Made by a program: the position numbers and the translations under genes. A stretch of 64,000 nucleotides of DNA from Planktothrix sp. GU0601_MAG3. Lineage in GTDB: Bacteria > Cyanobacteriota > Cyanobacteriia > Cyanobacteriales > Microcoleaceae. The stretch spans positions 4,820,578 to 4,884,577 of the forward strand of contig CP136572.1 in the NCBI GenBank assembly GCA_035193785.1, in the 5' to 3' direction. Under the pieces are notes generated by a model. The model was not told where the DNA came from. It ran no database searches and saw nothing but the letters and a program-made list of their open reading frames with translations. This document shows, piece after piece, positions 25,001 through 39,358 of this stretch. The first letter of the stretch is position 1. The number at the start of each line of letters is the position of its first letter.

Positions 25001-28000
25001 CAGTTGTTGAGCGGTATTAATGGCATATAAACCATAATGTTCTCGGGCTTTATTCGATAAATTAATTGCCAAATTTTCGGGTAGATAGGATTGGGATAGT
25101 TCAATAGATTTTAAAGTATCTGAAATATTCGCACCCATGGAAATTAACTTAGAACTTTCTGAAGTTGAATGTAAGCGATAACAGGCTAAAGGTTGAGGTT
25201 CATAAGCCACAGGATAATAGGCCGAAATTCGTTTCCACATTTCCCAGTCGGCGGCGGAACCTGCATTTTCAGAAAATCCTCCTAATGTTTCATAAACACT
25301 GCGTTTAACTACCATAGCAGCAAATTGAATACGCTGCATCACAGCAATGCGTTCTAACCAGTTAGAAATAATCCCATTTGTTTCCTGTTCTAAAGCGGAA
25401 AGGGAGCGTTGTTTTCCCTGTTCATCAATATAATAATGGCGACAAAATCCAGCCCCGGCTGTGGGTTCTTTTTTTAATAATTCTCGCATCTGATGATAAA
25501 ATTCAGGTAGGACTAAATCATCCTGATGTAGAAGATGAATCCATTGTCCCCTAGCCCGTTTAATACAATCATTCCAGTTAGTAATTAACCCTAAATTTTT
25601 AGGTTGTTGATAGAATTTAACTCGATTTTTACCCAGGGTTTTAACTATAGATTCAATCTCTGGATTAGTTGAACAATCATCAACAACCAGAATCTCCATT
25701 TCTTCAGAACTCGGTGCTTGAGTCAGAACACTATTTAACACCTGTTCGATATATTTTTCACCGTTATAAATAGGAATAATCACCGACCAAAAAGGTCGAG
25801 GTTGGGCGGAAAAAACCGGATCAATTTTAGGTGGATTAACCCGACTCAGTTTAGATAAATTAATATAAAGTTGAGACTGATCAATTGCTTCCATTCCCTC
25901 CCCTTTAAGTTGAATTTGCTCATCACAAGTTTCTATGACTTGGGGTGATAATGTTTTCATAAATTGAAATCGGGTGGCGGGGTCGGAAAATCGGTTCCAA
26001 ATTCTTAATAAATTAGTTTGTACTGTTTTTTGATAGGTTTCCCAATTCAACTACAGAGTTTAATAATTCCGTGATTAATTTAATATAAAAGGGTAGATGA
26101 AACTGTGATAAAACTTTATTGGCTAAATCACAGGATAAATTATTCACTAAAATTTGATGGTTTTGATCAGTTAGTTGAATTTGAGAATAATTCAAAAATT
26201 TAGCTAATTTTTCCCGGGAGGAGGTATATCTTTTAAAGATTAAAATTTCTTCTTCACGACTTAAATCTTGTTGATGACTTAAGGAATGTTCTGATAAATT
26301 CAAAGTCCCTAATATTTCGGGAATAAAATGGAATTCTCCCCCATTAGCAATTCTAATATAAAAGTCTTGATCCCCTCTAACTTTTAAGGTTTGATCAAAT
26401 AATCCGTAATTATTATGTAGAGATTTTCGCCACATTGGTTGAGAACCAATTTGGGCTGAAAATAATAATTTTAAACGGGAAAATTCCGGCCATTTCCAGT
26501 GGGGTTTGCCATTTAACTGCTCAACATTAACAATTTCTCCGGGTGATACCGCTTGCTGATCTGCGTGCACTAATATAACTTCCGAATGTTCATCTAAATA
26601 GTTAGATAACCTTTCTAAAGCGTTTAATTTGAGACGATCATCGGTATTTTGATTGGTGATATATTCACCCCTGGCGATCGCAATTCCCCGGTTCCATGCT
26701 TGATAAATCGGTTCCCTTGCTTCAGTTTTAATATAAATAATCGAGTCAGGATATTGTTTTTTAAACTCTAAAATAATATCCCGTTCATTTTCCTGGGAAA
26801 CCGGAATCAACAACAATAATCTCTACTTTTCCTTGTTGAAATAAAGTTTGATTGACTAAATTTTCTAACCTTCCCGACATCATTGATGCTGAATTATAGC
26901 TAGAAATAATTGCAGATACTTTGATTTTAGTTTCAGTTAAAACCGGTTGTTTTAAAGCCAAAACCTGAGTATCTTCTAACACTATTACAGGGGGAGATAG
27001 CTGTTCCGAAGTATATTTTCCTTGCTCAATTAATTGTAATTCCTCTTGAACAACTTGCTTAACTTCTTGAAAATATTGCTCTCGATAAACTTTAGAACGT
27101 TGGGTATTATATGTACGAAATCCCCCAATTAAACTTCTTAATAAATACAAAGGAGCGTAACGAGAAAAGCGTAACCACAGTTCAAAATCCCCCGCTAAAT
27201 TGAGATTTGTTTGTAATTTTGATCCAGCTTTTTCCCAGAGCGATCGCGTCCAAAATGTGCTTTCTTGTTGAATCCAAGTATGTTGTAATTGTTGATATTG
27301 TTCCACCCATTGTTTATCTAAAAGCATTTTTCTTGACCATAAAGGCGTCTGCATTTGACTATGAATATGTTTTCCATTTCTATCCCATTCTGTCGGAATT
27401 CCCATCACCCATTCCACCTGTTTATTTTGCCCAAATGTCGCCGCCAGTTTATAAAAAGCATCGGGATGGTATTTATCATCGGAATTTAACCATCCCATAA
27501 TTTCACCCGTTGTTTTTTGAAATCCCGTATTAACCGCCGCATAATGACCGCCATCAGCTTGATTTTGCCAATAGGTTAAATATTTCTCATATTTTTTAAT
27601 AATTTCAACGGAATTATCCGTACTTCCCCCATCCATAATTATGTATTCTAAGTTAGGATAATTTTGACTCAAAATCGAATCAATACACTCCTCTAAAAAT
27701 TCACCTTGATTTAATGAAGGGGTAACAATAGAAATTTTAGGTAAAGATGAGGAAACAATCAATTGAGGAGATATAGATTTGACATTTGTGGCGGATTTTT
27801 GCCAGAGAATATTATAGGAAATTGGTTGACCAAATTCTTGATAGGAGGTTTTTGTGGTGGGTTGCCAAAATTGACGATAAGCTGTTTCTGACATTCCATA
27901 TAAATCAGGATCAAGTTTAATTTGATCAAAATCAATCATGGAATTTAGGGTTTTTTGGGTTTTAAATAAATAGGGTAAAAATTTATTTGTCCAAACTTCT

Positions 28001-30400
28001 GCTGGTTTAACTACCACATCAAAACAATGTAAGGAAAAACCATCGGGTTTTAAAATTCGATCAATATCTTGGTTGATTTTATCAAAATTTGTTTGATTTT
28101 CAGAAATATGTTCTAGGGTAGAAATACTAAAAACACAATCAAAATATTGATTAGGAAGTTCAGAGTTAAAGTTGCCAATATAATCTAAAACAATACGAGA
28201 GTTGTCTGAATTATTAATCTGATTTGGGCCGTTTCCTAGACCTTCAAATTTGTCTAAATTCCAACATTCATAATCTTGTTTTAAAACTTGCAATACTCTG
28301 GAATTTCCTCCCCCAATTTCTAATAATTTTGCCCCTTTGGGTAAATTTTTGGTAATGAAATTATAGGTCAATAAATCTTGATAAACTTTTAGATCGCAGC
28401 TATCAGGACTGATTTTGCTGTAAGCTCCAAAGGGTTGAAATTGATTAAAATGACTGCGTTTGGAATAGGTAAAATCTTGAAAATCAAGCTGTTTTTTTTC
28501 TGCTGTTAAGTTTTGCATAGTTTCGATTAAAGTATTTTGGATAATTGCCGCCATTTTTGACCAAGAATATTCAGAAGATTGTTGTAAACCTGCTGTAATT
28601 AAAGGTTGACGAATTTCGGGTTTTTGAATTTGCTCTAATGCTTGTAGCATTTCTAAAACCTGATCTTCATTAACATAATAAGCCGCTGTTTTCGCAATTT
28701 CTGGAATTGAACCTTTTCGACAGGTAATTACCGGACAACCGCAAGCCATCGCCTCTATAATTGGCATTCCAAACCCTTCATATTTAGAGGGATAAACTAA
28801 TGCAGTTGCGCCGGAATAAGCCGATTTTAATTCTTGATCATCCAGTTGCAATAAGTTGATTTTAAACTGTTGAATATAGGGATAAAATTCAGCTTCTAAA
28901 GTTGGTTCTCCTCCGACACAAACAATTTCAAAATCCCGGTTATTTTGCAGTTTAGCTAAGGCTTTAAAGAATAATAAAGTGTTTTTATATCCTCCCGCAC
29001 CCAAGCGTTGACCGACTAAAATAAAATAGGGTTTATTGATGCTATATTTGACTTTGAACTGTTGAATTTCTTCTCCTGTTGCGGGTGAGAATACAGCAGG
29101 AACACCACAATGGGCAACGGTAATTTTATCGGGTTTAATATTAGGAAAAAACCGAAGTAAATCCTGAGCCGTGTTTTCAGAAATCGTAATATAAGCGGAT
29201 GCGTGTTCAATTCCATAATGTTTTTCTCGCCACATAGGAATAGTTAAATCCAGTCCCAACTGTTTCTGGAATCATGTCATATCCCATAAACACAGAAGGT
29301 GTTGTTAGGGGAGTGGTATAATAGGTTGAAATAAACAGAGCCGCATTTTCTTGATCACAAATTTTTTGTAATAATTGCCGATCTTCCTCAACTTTATCAT
29401 AGTTATATTCGGGAATTTGATAATATTTAATCCCAGGAATTTTAGGCGTAGTCCCTTCCCGGTCTAAAACAATAATTTGTTGAGCAAAATCCTGGGTAGA
29501 CCAAGTTTCTAGTAAGGATTTCCAAACCCTAGCAATTCCGGTGTTACGAATCTGGAAAAATACACCATCAATAATAATTTTACTGGAATTTTTACCAGAA
29601 TTAATCTGTTTTCGAGTGGCTACGGCTTTTAAAAAATCCTGTTCAATTAAGGAAGGCATAGAATTAGAAGTAGATTCTATAGACACAGCTTTTTTCCAAG
29701 ATGATCCTGATATTTTTGTGGCGGTTAATAGATGTAAACTACTCCCATCAGAATATAAGTTTAACTTAAATTTCTCCGCGATTTTCACCAAAGATTGATA
29801 GGTATAAATAGAAATATGTTGACCTTCATGGAGGGCATAATACCACCATTGATCCGGTTTAGGATGATCTGCCGGAAGCAGTTGGGTACTGAATAATAAA
29901 TTTTGGGAAAACTTTAATAATTTTTCAATTTCCTCCAGGGGATTAACAAAGTGTTCAAACACCTCAAAAGCCGTAACTAAATTATAGTTTTCTTGTTGAT
30001 TTCCTTCAAATCCCTGATAAAATATATTTTGACAATATTGATCATAGCCATAAAAATCAAACCCCAAATCTCGCATCAACCGCACAAATAAACCATAACC
30101 ACAGCCATAATCTAAAAACTTGCCTTTGGAATTAAAACATGATATAATTAACTCTTGAGTGATTTGAGAAAATTTAAAATTCCGTGACACTAATCCCACA
30201 TCGCTCATCGCAATTGGATCGGCATAAGATTCATCTAACCAATAGGGTTTTTCAGTTTGCACAAACCCACAAACTGAACATTTAAAATAATTAACAGCAT
30301 AGCGATTTAAAATTGTAGCTTGAGCAAAATAGGGAGATACAGAACTACAAATTTGACAAAGGGAATTTGGGGTAACTTTTGATTGACTTTCAACTTGCAC
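22045..30400 (-). CDS. Giant multi-domain protein (~2,780 aa): SAM methyltransferase, GT4, SAM methyltransferase, three GT2 domains, SPINDLY/GT41-like domain, helical repeats (5 ORFs joined)
   Basis: LDYGCGYG; YPSKYEGFGMPIIEAMACG; LEIGGG/SISTLEH; SIVTPS..MDGGSTD; NQNTDDR; VVDDCS..LHQDD; ADIYLDSYPFSG. Domains run across the ORF junctions. Confidence 0.8.
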
Positions 30401-30604
30401 TATGGTTTGACCCTAAACTGAACTGAGCGAAAAATCTTTTACTATATTACTGTGTGCGAGTGCCGGGGCGATCAATAGCCTTGTCCTTAACCAATTTAGA
30501 GCATCCAACAAGACCCGACGCACTGTTGATGAAAAATACGTTAAGATTAGTAACAATACCATAACAATGAGTCCTGTGGACTCGCCGCAACAGTAGGAGG
30601 ATAG

Positions 30605-32450
<1,846 letters not shown>

Positions 32451-32481
32451 TTCAATTTCTAAAAATTGAATCCGTTTAAAT

Positions 32482-32525
32482 AAAAATAGGGCTATATTTC
32501 TGGAAACAGAAATAGCCCTATTTTT
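32482..32525 (+). terminator. Intrinsic terminator after ftsH, possibly bidirectional
   Basis: aaaaatagggctat ... atagccctattttt. Confidence 0.8.
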
Positions 32526-32549
32526 ATGGAAGTCCCCCCCAAAAGTTAG

Positions 32550-32702
32550 GAAAAAGACTGCTAAAGTCTTTTCTTCACTATTCCCTGTTGCCTGTTCTCG
32601 TTCTACAGGCTCACGACGCAGCCTGTTCCCGACTCCTGCTATTTGAAAGACCGCTAAAGTCTTTTCTTGACTGTTCCCTGTTCCCTGTTCCCTGTTCCCT
32701 AA
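32550..32702. repeat. CCTGTTC heptamers, duplicated AAAGAC-N-GTCTTT palindromes and a CAGGCTCACGACGCA element
   Basis: Read directly; same composite as 5815-5918. Confidence 0.8.
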
Positions 32703-32728
32703 TTCCGGTAACTTTGAACCCGGGGGAA

Positions 32729-33334
32729 TTAACGCAGAAAGCAGGCTACAAGCCACAAAACAATAAAAGTAATAAAAGCAATAAATCGTTCTACTGCGAT
32801 CGCTCCTGCTAGTGAACTCAATAAACTTCCTAATATTAACCCTCCAATTAAACCCGCAACGGTTAGCAAAACTGCCCGACCAAACTTATTTTCCTTACGA
32901 TTAAGAAAATAAAGACAAGATCCCACACCCAGGGCTAAAGTTAGCTGTAATAATGAGGTGGCAAAACCTGAATAAAGACTCAAACCTGCCAATGTGACAT
33001 ATACCCCAGAAGGCCATAATAAATCAGCACGACTGGGAGTATCCCACAGTTGGTTTAACCAATTGGGTTTGGAATTTGCCGCAGGTTGAACACCGGAGGG
33101 CGGAGTCGGGGCCACTCGTTCGGGAAAACGAATTCGTTCCGGGACTTTAATTTTGCCCTCTTGTCGCATTTTTAACCGATCCATCAAAATGGCATCATAA
33201 GCGGCTTCAATCGATTGCAGCAGCTTAACTTCGCCAATATATTGCTGTTTTAGGCGATCCCGAGCTTCCTGAATTTCATCAAAGGAGGCATCAAGGGTAA
33301 CCCCAAGCTGTTCGTAGGGACTTTGCTCGCTCAT
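32729..33334 (-). CDS. CPP1-like J-like membrane protein
   Basis: PYEQLGV...ASFDEIQ, IEAAYDAILMDRLKMRQEGKI, C-terminal TMs. Confidence 0.85.
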   Translation of the reverse strand: MSEQSPYEQLGVTLDASFDEIQEARDRLKQQYIGEVKLLQSIEAAYDAILMDRLKMRQEGKIKVPERIRFPERVAPTPPSGVQPAANSKPNWLNQLWDTPSRADLLWPSGVYVTLAGLSLYSGFATSLLQLTLALGVGSCLYFLNRKENKFGRAVLLTVAGLIGGLILGSLLSSLAGAIAVERFIAFITFIVLWLVACFLR

Positions 33335-33402
33335 CGGACTTTTTCTTAATACCGTTTTATTTATTGTAAGCTTAACTCAATCTTGATCCAAACCAATGAA
33401 TC

Positions 33403-34174
33403 CTATTGACTAACAATTCCTGACCACTGCACCCGTTTTAATTGTTCCCGACGGTAGGAGAAAAAAGCCTCCGGGTCTTGATAGGTACAATGGGGAGCGA
33501 TCGCCACTTGTTCGGGTGTAATCCCTAACTGTTCTAGTTGTAAGCTATTAAATCTTCGCACATCTAAACGGACTTTATCAGGTTCGGGATCGGGAAGTAG
33601 GGGGGAATTGGGGAGGTGATAGAAGGGTTCTAGTCCCTCGGTATCGGAAACCAAACTTTGGGCTAACTGGGTCGCCACATCCAGGGAAACCTGATACACC
33701 TGTCCCGAAATCGCTGGCCCCAAAGCCACCCGCAGATCCTCAAGTTGACTCCCCTGGGCTTGAAAATGGGCGATTGTCTCTGGAACAATCTTAGCGGCCG
33801 TCCCCCGCCAGCCCGCATGAAACCGCAGCTACCTTCCCCGTTTGAGCATCCGCAATTAACACCGGAACACAATCAGCCGTGGCTACCCACACCGCCTCCG
33901 AGGAATTTTCCGCCAATAAACCATCTGCTTCGAGCAAAGGAATCTCCTCTGATGCTAAATGATCCACGGGGTCAACAGTTCCGGTTTTCAATACCACATT
34001 CCCATGCACCTGCTTGACTCGGTACACGGTAGCCCCAGGTTGCAAAACATCCACTAAATCCCCAGGAGTCCGAGGACTAAAGGAACGGGTAAAAAAGCCA
34101 TGTTGCCAATCTTTAAGCAAACTACAGGTTAAATAGGGTAATCCATCCCAGGTTTGCCAATGCCAAGTGTGCAT
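33403..34174 (-). CDS. pgeF: Peptidoglycan editing factor PgeF/YfiH (frameshifted)
   Basis: HGFFTR, KQVHG, ADCVPVL, GPAISG, FFSYRR. Confidence 0.88.
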
Positions 34175-34235
34175 AAAATTATGATTAGGAACTGTTACGA
34201 CTACAAACTCCCCTGATTTTAACCGATCCGTATTT

Positions 34236-35120
34236 GTGCCTTTGTGTTTTATTCCCATTCCCTTAAATAACTTGCTGAACTTATCCCGTTTAGAATCTAC
34301 CTTACAAACCCTCGTAGAGACGTGCCATGGCGCGTCTCCCGATGGAACGTCTCCCGATGGCGCGTCTCCCGATGGAACGTCTCTACCGAATATTCATTAT
34401 TTTGATAGCTTAATTTCTACTAACCAAACCGCCTGGGAACTCTTAGAACAGGGGGAACCTTCGGGAACCGTGGTGATCGCCGGACAACAAACCGCCGGAC
34501 GGGGACAATGGGGCCGACAATGGCAGTCGAGTCAGGGGGGGCTATTTTTATCAAAAATTGTCGATATCAACCTTCCGGTGACTCAAAAAGCCCAATTAAG
34601 CATCAGTTCCGCTTGGGGTATTGCCACAATTTTGCGCGATCGCGATTGTCCCGTACAACTGAAATGGCCGAATGATATCATCTTAAATCAGCGCAAACTG
34701 GGCGGAATTCTCACCGAAACCAAAATTTCCGGGCAATTTATTACTCAAGCGGTGATCGGAGTTGGTTTAAACTGGGAAAATCCCGTTCCTGAAATTGGGA
34801 TTAATTTACAAAGTTTTTTTGCTCATTCTCCCACACCGCCCTCAATTCAATCCTTAGAATTCCTTGCCGCCCTAGTCCTACAGGGATTAGACCTCGGGAT
34901 TGAACACCTATCCGATGCCAAGGTTAAGAAAATGTTAAAGGGTTATAATCAACTCTTAACCTGTATCGGAAAACCGATCAAAGTTGGGGAGCAAATCGGT
35001 GAAATTATCGGGATTTCGGAACAGGGAAACCTGCGAGTCGGTCTTTATCCTAAAACCGAAATCGGTTTTTCTCAAGAAATTGACCAACAGCCCGGTACAA
35101 TAAGTATCGGCTATAGTTAA
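34236..35120 (+). CDS. birA: Biotin--[acetyl-CoA-carboxylase] ligase
   Basis: STN, QTAGRGQWGRQW, LKWPND, KLGGIL, GVGLN. Confidence 0.92.
   Translation: MPLCFIPIPLNNLLNLSRLESTLQTLVETCHGASPDGTSPDGASPDGTSLPNIHYFDSLISTNQTAWELLEQGEPSGTVVIAGQQTAGRGQWGRQWQSSQGGLFLSKIVDINLPVTQKAQLSISSAWGIATILRDRDCPVQLKWPNDIILNQRKLGGILTETKISGQFITQAVIGVGLNWENPVPEIGINLQSFFAHSPTPPSIQSLEFLAALVLQGLDLGIEHLSDAKVKKMLKGYNQLLTCIGKPIKVGEQIGEIIGISEQGNLRVGLYPKTEIGFSQEIDQQPGTISIGYS
34314..34386. repeat. REP-like element with 15-bp internal tandem expansion, inside birA
   Basis: GTAGAGACG...CGTCTCTAC ends; ATGG(CG/AA)CGTCTC x4. Confidence 0.85.
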
Positions 35121-35152
35121 ATATTTAGATCATCATTGGTTGTGTGAGGAAG

Positions 35153-36762
35153 ATGACGGAACAGAAAAAATATCCAACATCCAATACCCGCCAAGGACGT
35201 TGGTACTTGGGTTCAAGAAGTTACGCCCTTTTGGGTTTAGGCTGTCTTACGGGTTTAGTCCTATTCAGTAGTCGTGTAATTGCTACGGATGAATTTTCTA
35301 TACCCGCAGAAGCTGAACCTTTGGAAGCGTCTGTTCCCAGCGTTCCTGAAGACACGACAGGATATAGTGATAGTCTGACTGTTCCGAATACTGAACCCGA
35401 ACCCACCTATAGCGAACCTGAAGCTACTCCAGACTACTCTACACCTGATCCAAGTTATTCTGAACCCGTCTACACTCCCGAACCAGAATATTATTCCGAA
35501 CCCTACAGCCCAGAAATTCCTAATATTGTTCCCCCACCGGAAACAGGAGATTGTTTTTCCCGACCTACCCCCCGCAGCCGAGTCTCCAGCCAATGCTTAT
35601 ATCGACCCAACGGACTACCAAATTGGGGCAACGGAGGGATATACAGACGGCTATGAAGCTCCCTCTACGGTGGTATTCTCCGAACGTTCAACTGGATGCG
35701 AAGCAGCCTTAGAATTGGGACAAGCCGCCGGAGATTTATGCGCCCCGGTTTACCCCTCGCCAATTTATCAGGCGGAAAACAATCAAGTTCCCTACATTGG
35801 TAATACTCCCTATACTGGCAATACTCCCTACATTGGCAATAATAATTTAGGCTCCATTCCCAACCCCTTACTAGACGGGGGAAATACCGCCTATACTCAG
35901 CCCAATTCCTCCTACTCTAATGGTTTTGTTGCCAACTCCCCTGACTATGGCGGAGGCGGTTATGAAGCCAACTATACCTATACAGAGCAACCCCAAGCCG
36001 TTGATTATGGTTCTGGTGGCTCATACTCTGGGGAAGTCGCCGTTACCGGGTTTAGTCCGATTCAAGTTGGCCCGATGGTGGTCAGCAGTATGAGTAATTC
36101 TGGTTTGACCTATTATAATCGCACCCAACGTCCGGCGGCGGTGCGGGGAAATGGTAATACCAGCGTGCTTTTTCCCTTGACCATTCCCTCCCCAATTACT
36201 TCTTTATTTGGTTGGCGACAACACCCGGTTTTGGGTTATGGCCGTTTTCACACGGGGATTGATTTAGGGGCCGATGAAGGGACTCCGGTTGTGGCTTCCT
36301 ATTCCGGTCAAGTGTCCGTCGCTGACTGGTTAGGGGGCTACGGGATGGCGGTGGTACTAAATCACTCTGAAAAATCCCAGGAAACTCTTTATGGTCACCT
36401 ATCAGAATTGTTTGTTAAACCCGGAGAGCTAGTTAAACAGGGAGAAGTTATCGGACGGGTGGGAAGTACGGGGGTATCCACCGGGCCCCATTTACACTTT
36501 GAGTTACGGAAGTTGACCAGTCAAGGTTGGGTGGCTATTGACCCCCGCAATGATATTGAGGTGGGGCTGGCTCAACTATTAAATACTATGAAGGTGGCGC
36601 AGGTTTCCCTCCTCAGAATTTATTGCCAAATTAGCGGAGGATGTGGAAACCGGAATGCCTAAATTACCCCCGTTACCGCCGGGTGTGGATGTGGTTATTC
36701 CTAATTTGGAACCTCCTACCCTGAATTTTGGATTTGCAGAGAATCTTAAAAGTCCTGGTTGA
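35153..36762 (+). CDS. M23 family metallopeptidase with Pro/Tyr-rich low-complexity N-terminal region (2 frameshifts)
   Basis: HTGIDLG, YGHLS, GSTGVSTGPHLHFE; N-terminal signal/TM. Confidence 0.88.
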
Positions 36763-36811
36763 TTTGTGACATCTCCCTAATTTGAATGGAGATAAAAACA
36801 TGACTCCATAT

Positions 36812-37449
36812 CAATTAATGATTAATTGAATATTAATGGTGGGTTAGGCGGGTTAACAAAGGTGATCTGTTAATATCAGAAATTTGTACAGAACCCGCCC
36901 CTACAGTTAAATATTTTCCCCGTAGGGGCGGGTTCGAGTTAATCTTTGATTCCCACAAACAATTTACCAAAACTCGCCCCGATTCCCGATGCAATTAATG
37001 ATTAATTGAATATTAACGGTGCGGTTGGGCGGGTTTAGAAAGGTGATCTGTTAATATCATAAATTTGTACGGAACCCGCCCCTACAGTTACATATTTTCC
37101 CCGTAGGGGCGGGTTCGAGTTAATCTTTGATTCCCACAAACAATTTACCAAAACTCGCCCCGATTCCCGATGTAATTAATGATTAATTGAATATTAATGG
37201 TGGGGTTAGGCGGGTTAAGAAAGGTGATCTGTTGATATCATAAATTTGTACGGAACCCGCCCCTACAGTTACATATTTTCCCCGTAGGGGCGGGTTCGAG
37301 TTAACCTTTGATACCCACAAACAATTTACCTAAACCCGCACCGATTTTCGATGTAATTAATGATTAATTGAATATTAATGGTGGGTTAGGCGGGTTAACA
37401 AAGGTGATCTGTTAATATCGGAAATTTGTACGGAACCCGCCCCTACGGG
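36812..37449. repeat. ~180-bp tandem repeat x3.5 built of REP-like GTAGGGGCGGGTT/AACCCGCCCCTAC units (BIME-like)
   Basis: Units start at 36812, 36992, 37173 and 37354. Confidence 0.93.
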
Positions 37450-37514
37450 TTGAGGAATTAAGGTATTATGTGAATAGGGAATAATCGGAAATTATATTAA
37501 CAACAAATATCAAC

Positions 37515-37915
37515 ATGACTAATGAAATTGTAGTTGTCAGAACAGGTATAACACCCGAAGAACGTCAGGCTAGATACTCCGATAACCTAACGGCGCTGAA
37601 TGAATCACCGGAAGGGTTACGCACCTTGGCAATTTTAGGTAAGACTTTTTACTGGGTTTTGAACTTAGAAACGAGTTCAATCTTGTCGAGAAGTACATAT
37701 TTATAATTGGGAGGGAACCCAAAGGATTGTTGCGCCGATTATACCCGAAGAATGTTATACTATTGAATTCCTGGGTAGATCTAAAACTATTATTGCTTTT
37801 AATCCGAAATCTGTTTGTTTTCAGATTGTCGATCCTCCTAGGAGGTTTGGGCGAAGTTCTGCTTTTTATGAATAATTGGCACGAAAATAAACAATCTAAT
37901 AAACCTAGTTTTTAA
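37515..37915 (+). CDS. Hypothetical protein, probably frameshifted or degenerate
   Basis: ATG-started ORF MTNEIVVVRTG...; open downstream frames; no recognisable motif. Confidence 0.35.
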
Positions 37916-37970
37916 CTGTTTTATATCGAATAAAATCAATATTTATAGTTCATAAATTGTTTTTTTAAGA

Positions 37971-38596
37971 TTAATAAATCTTTTCTAACTGTCTGAAATC
38001 CCGTTCCACTTCTGCCCATAATGCCCGATTATGAGGATCGGTTTTTAAGGCTTTTTTTAAATAATTTCTAGCTTTGTCAACTTGCTTTTCGGTAATTAAT
38101 TGTCGTCCCCAACGTTGATAGGAAATCGCTTGCCATTGCTTAATTTCAGGATCATGGGGAATGCGTTGGGCTAACCCTTCAATTAATGCGATCGCCCGGG
38201 GAAAACGCTTAGATTTTAAAAGTTTTTGTAATTCTAAATAGGAATTTTCCTTAATTTTTTGCTCCTCCGGGGTCAATTCAGGATTAAACTCAATCGGCGG
38301 ACTTTTGGAGGTAATTTTAACTTTTGTAGGTTGATATTGGGGAACGTTAAACCCCGATGTCACGGTTTTTTTGGAAGCCGTAACGGGTTTTCTAATTCCG
38401 CTTCCGGTTTGGCAATAGTTAATAAAAATTTATAGGCTTCTGTAATCGCCATAAACTTATCTCGGGCGATTTCATTGCCAGGATTGACGTCAGGATGATA
38501 TTGTCTGGCAAGTTTACGATAAGAAGTTTTCACCGCTTCTAAACTCGCTCCTAATCTTAACCCTAATTGTCGGTAATAGTCTGTTGTATCCATCAC
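37971..38596 (-). CDS. J-domain protein with C-terminal TPR-like region (1 frameshift)
   Basis: DYYRQLGL..YRKLARQYHPD..F..ITEAY; ARNYLKKALKTDPHN. Confidence 0.88.
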
Positions 38597-38714
38597 TAAT
38601 TGTATCAGTGACTCAATTTAATAATATGGGAGATGAATTTCACAAATAGGAAAGCAAATAGAGGATAAATGGATGGGATGTCACCCATCCAATATTGTAG
38701 TAAATTGTTAACCC

Positions 38715-39329
38715 TTAACCTGCGGTTAAAGCCGCGGTCACCCGTTCTTCAATCACTTGGTCAATTAAACCATAATCCTTGGCTTCTTGGGCAGATAGGA
38801 AATAATCCCGATCCGTATCCTTCTGAATTTTTGCCAAGGTTTGTCCAGTACGTTGAACTAAAATATCATTCAATAAACTGCGGATTCTCAAAATTTCTCT
38901 GGCTTCAATTTCGATATCCGTAGCCTGCCCCCTTGCCCCGCCCAAGGGTTGGTGAATCATAATTCTGGCATGGGGTAAGGCCAAACGTTTTCCGGGGGTT
39001 CCGGCGGCTAATAGAAAAGCTCCCATGGAAGCGGCTAAACCCACACAAATCGTGACCACATCAGCCTTAATATATTGCATGGTATCGTAAATTGCCATAC
39101 CTGCTGTTACCGATCCCCCGGGAGAATTGATATACAAATAAATCGGTTTATTAGAATCTTCCGAATCTAAATAAAGCATTTGTGCCACAATTCGATTAGC
39201 TAAACTATCGGTGACTTCTTGACCCAAAAATAGAATGCGTTCTACACCTAAACGGGTATAAATATCAATCCATCTTTCGTATTGACTACCTGGAAGACGG
39301 TAAGGAACACTCGGAATCCCAATCGGCAT
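38715..39329 (-). CDS. clpP3: Clp protease proteolytic subunit ClpP3
   Basis: [15 protein letters not shown]-terminus, YINSPGG, AASMG, MIHQP. Confidence 0.93.
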   Translation of the reverse strand: MPIGIPSVPYRLPGSQYERWIDIYTRLGVERILFLGQEVTDSLANRIVAQMLYLDSEDSNKPIYLYINSPGGSVTAGMAIYDTMQYIKADVVTICVGLAASMGAFLLAAGTPGKRLALPHARIMIHQPLGGARGQATDIEIEAREILRIRSLLNDILVQRTGQTLAKIQKDTDRDYFLSAQEAKDYGLIDQVIEERVTAALTAG

Positions 39330-39358
39330 AGCTTTTCCCTTTTTAACTTCAATTAATT

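Noticed and set aside
36812..37449. CRISPR array
   Set aside because: Whole 180-bp units repeat, there are no unique spacers, and no cas genes are present.
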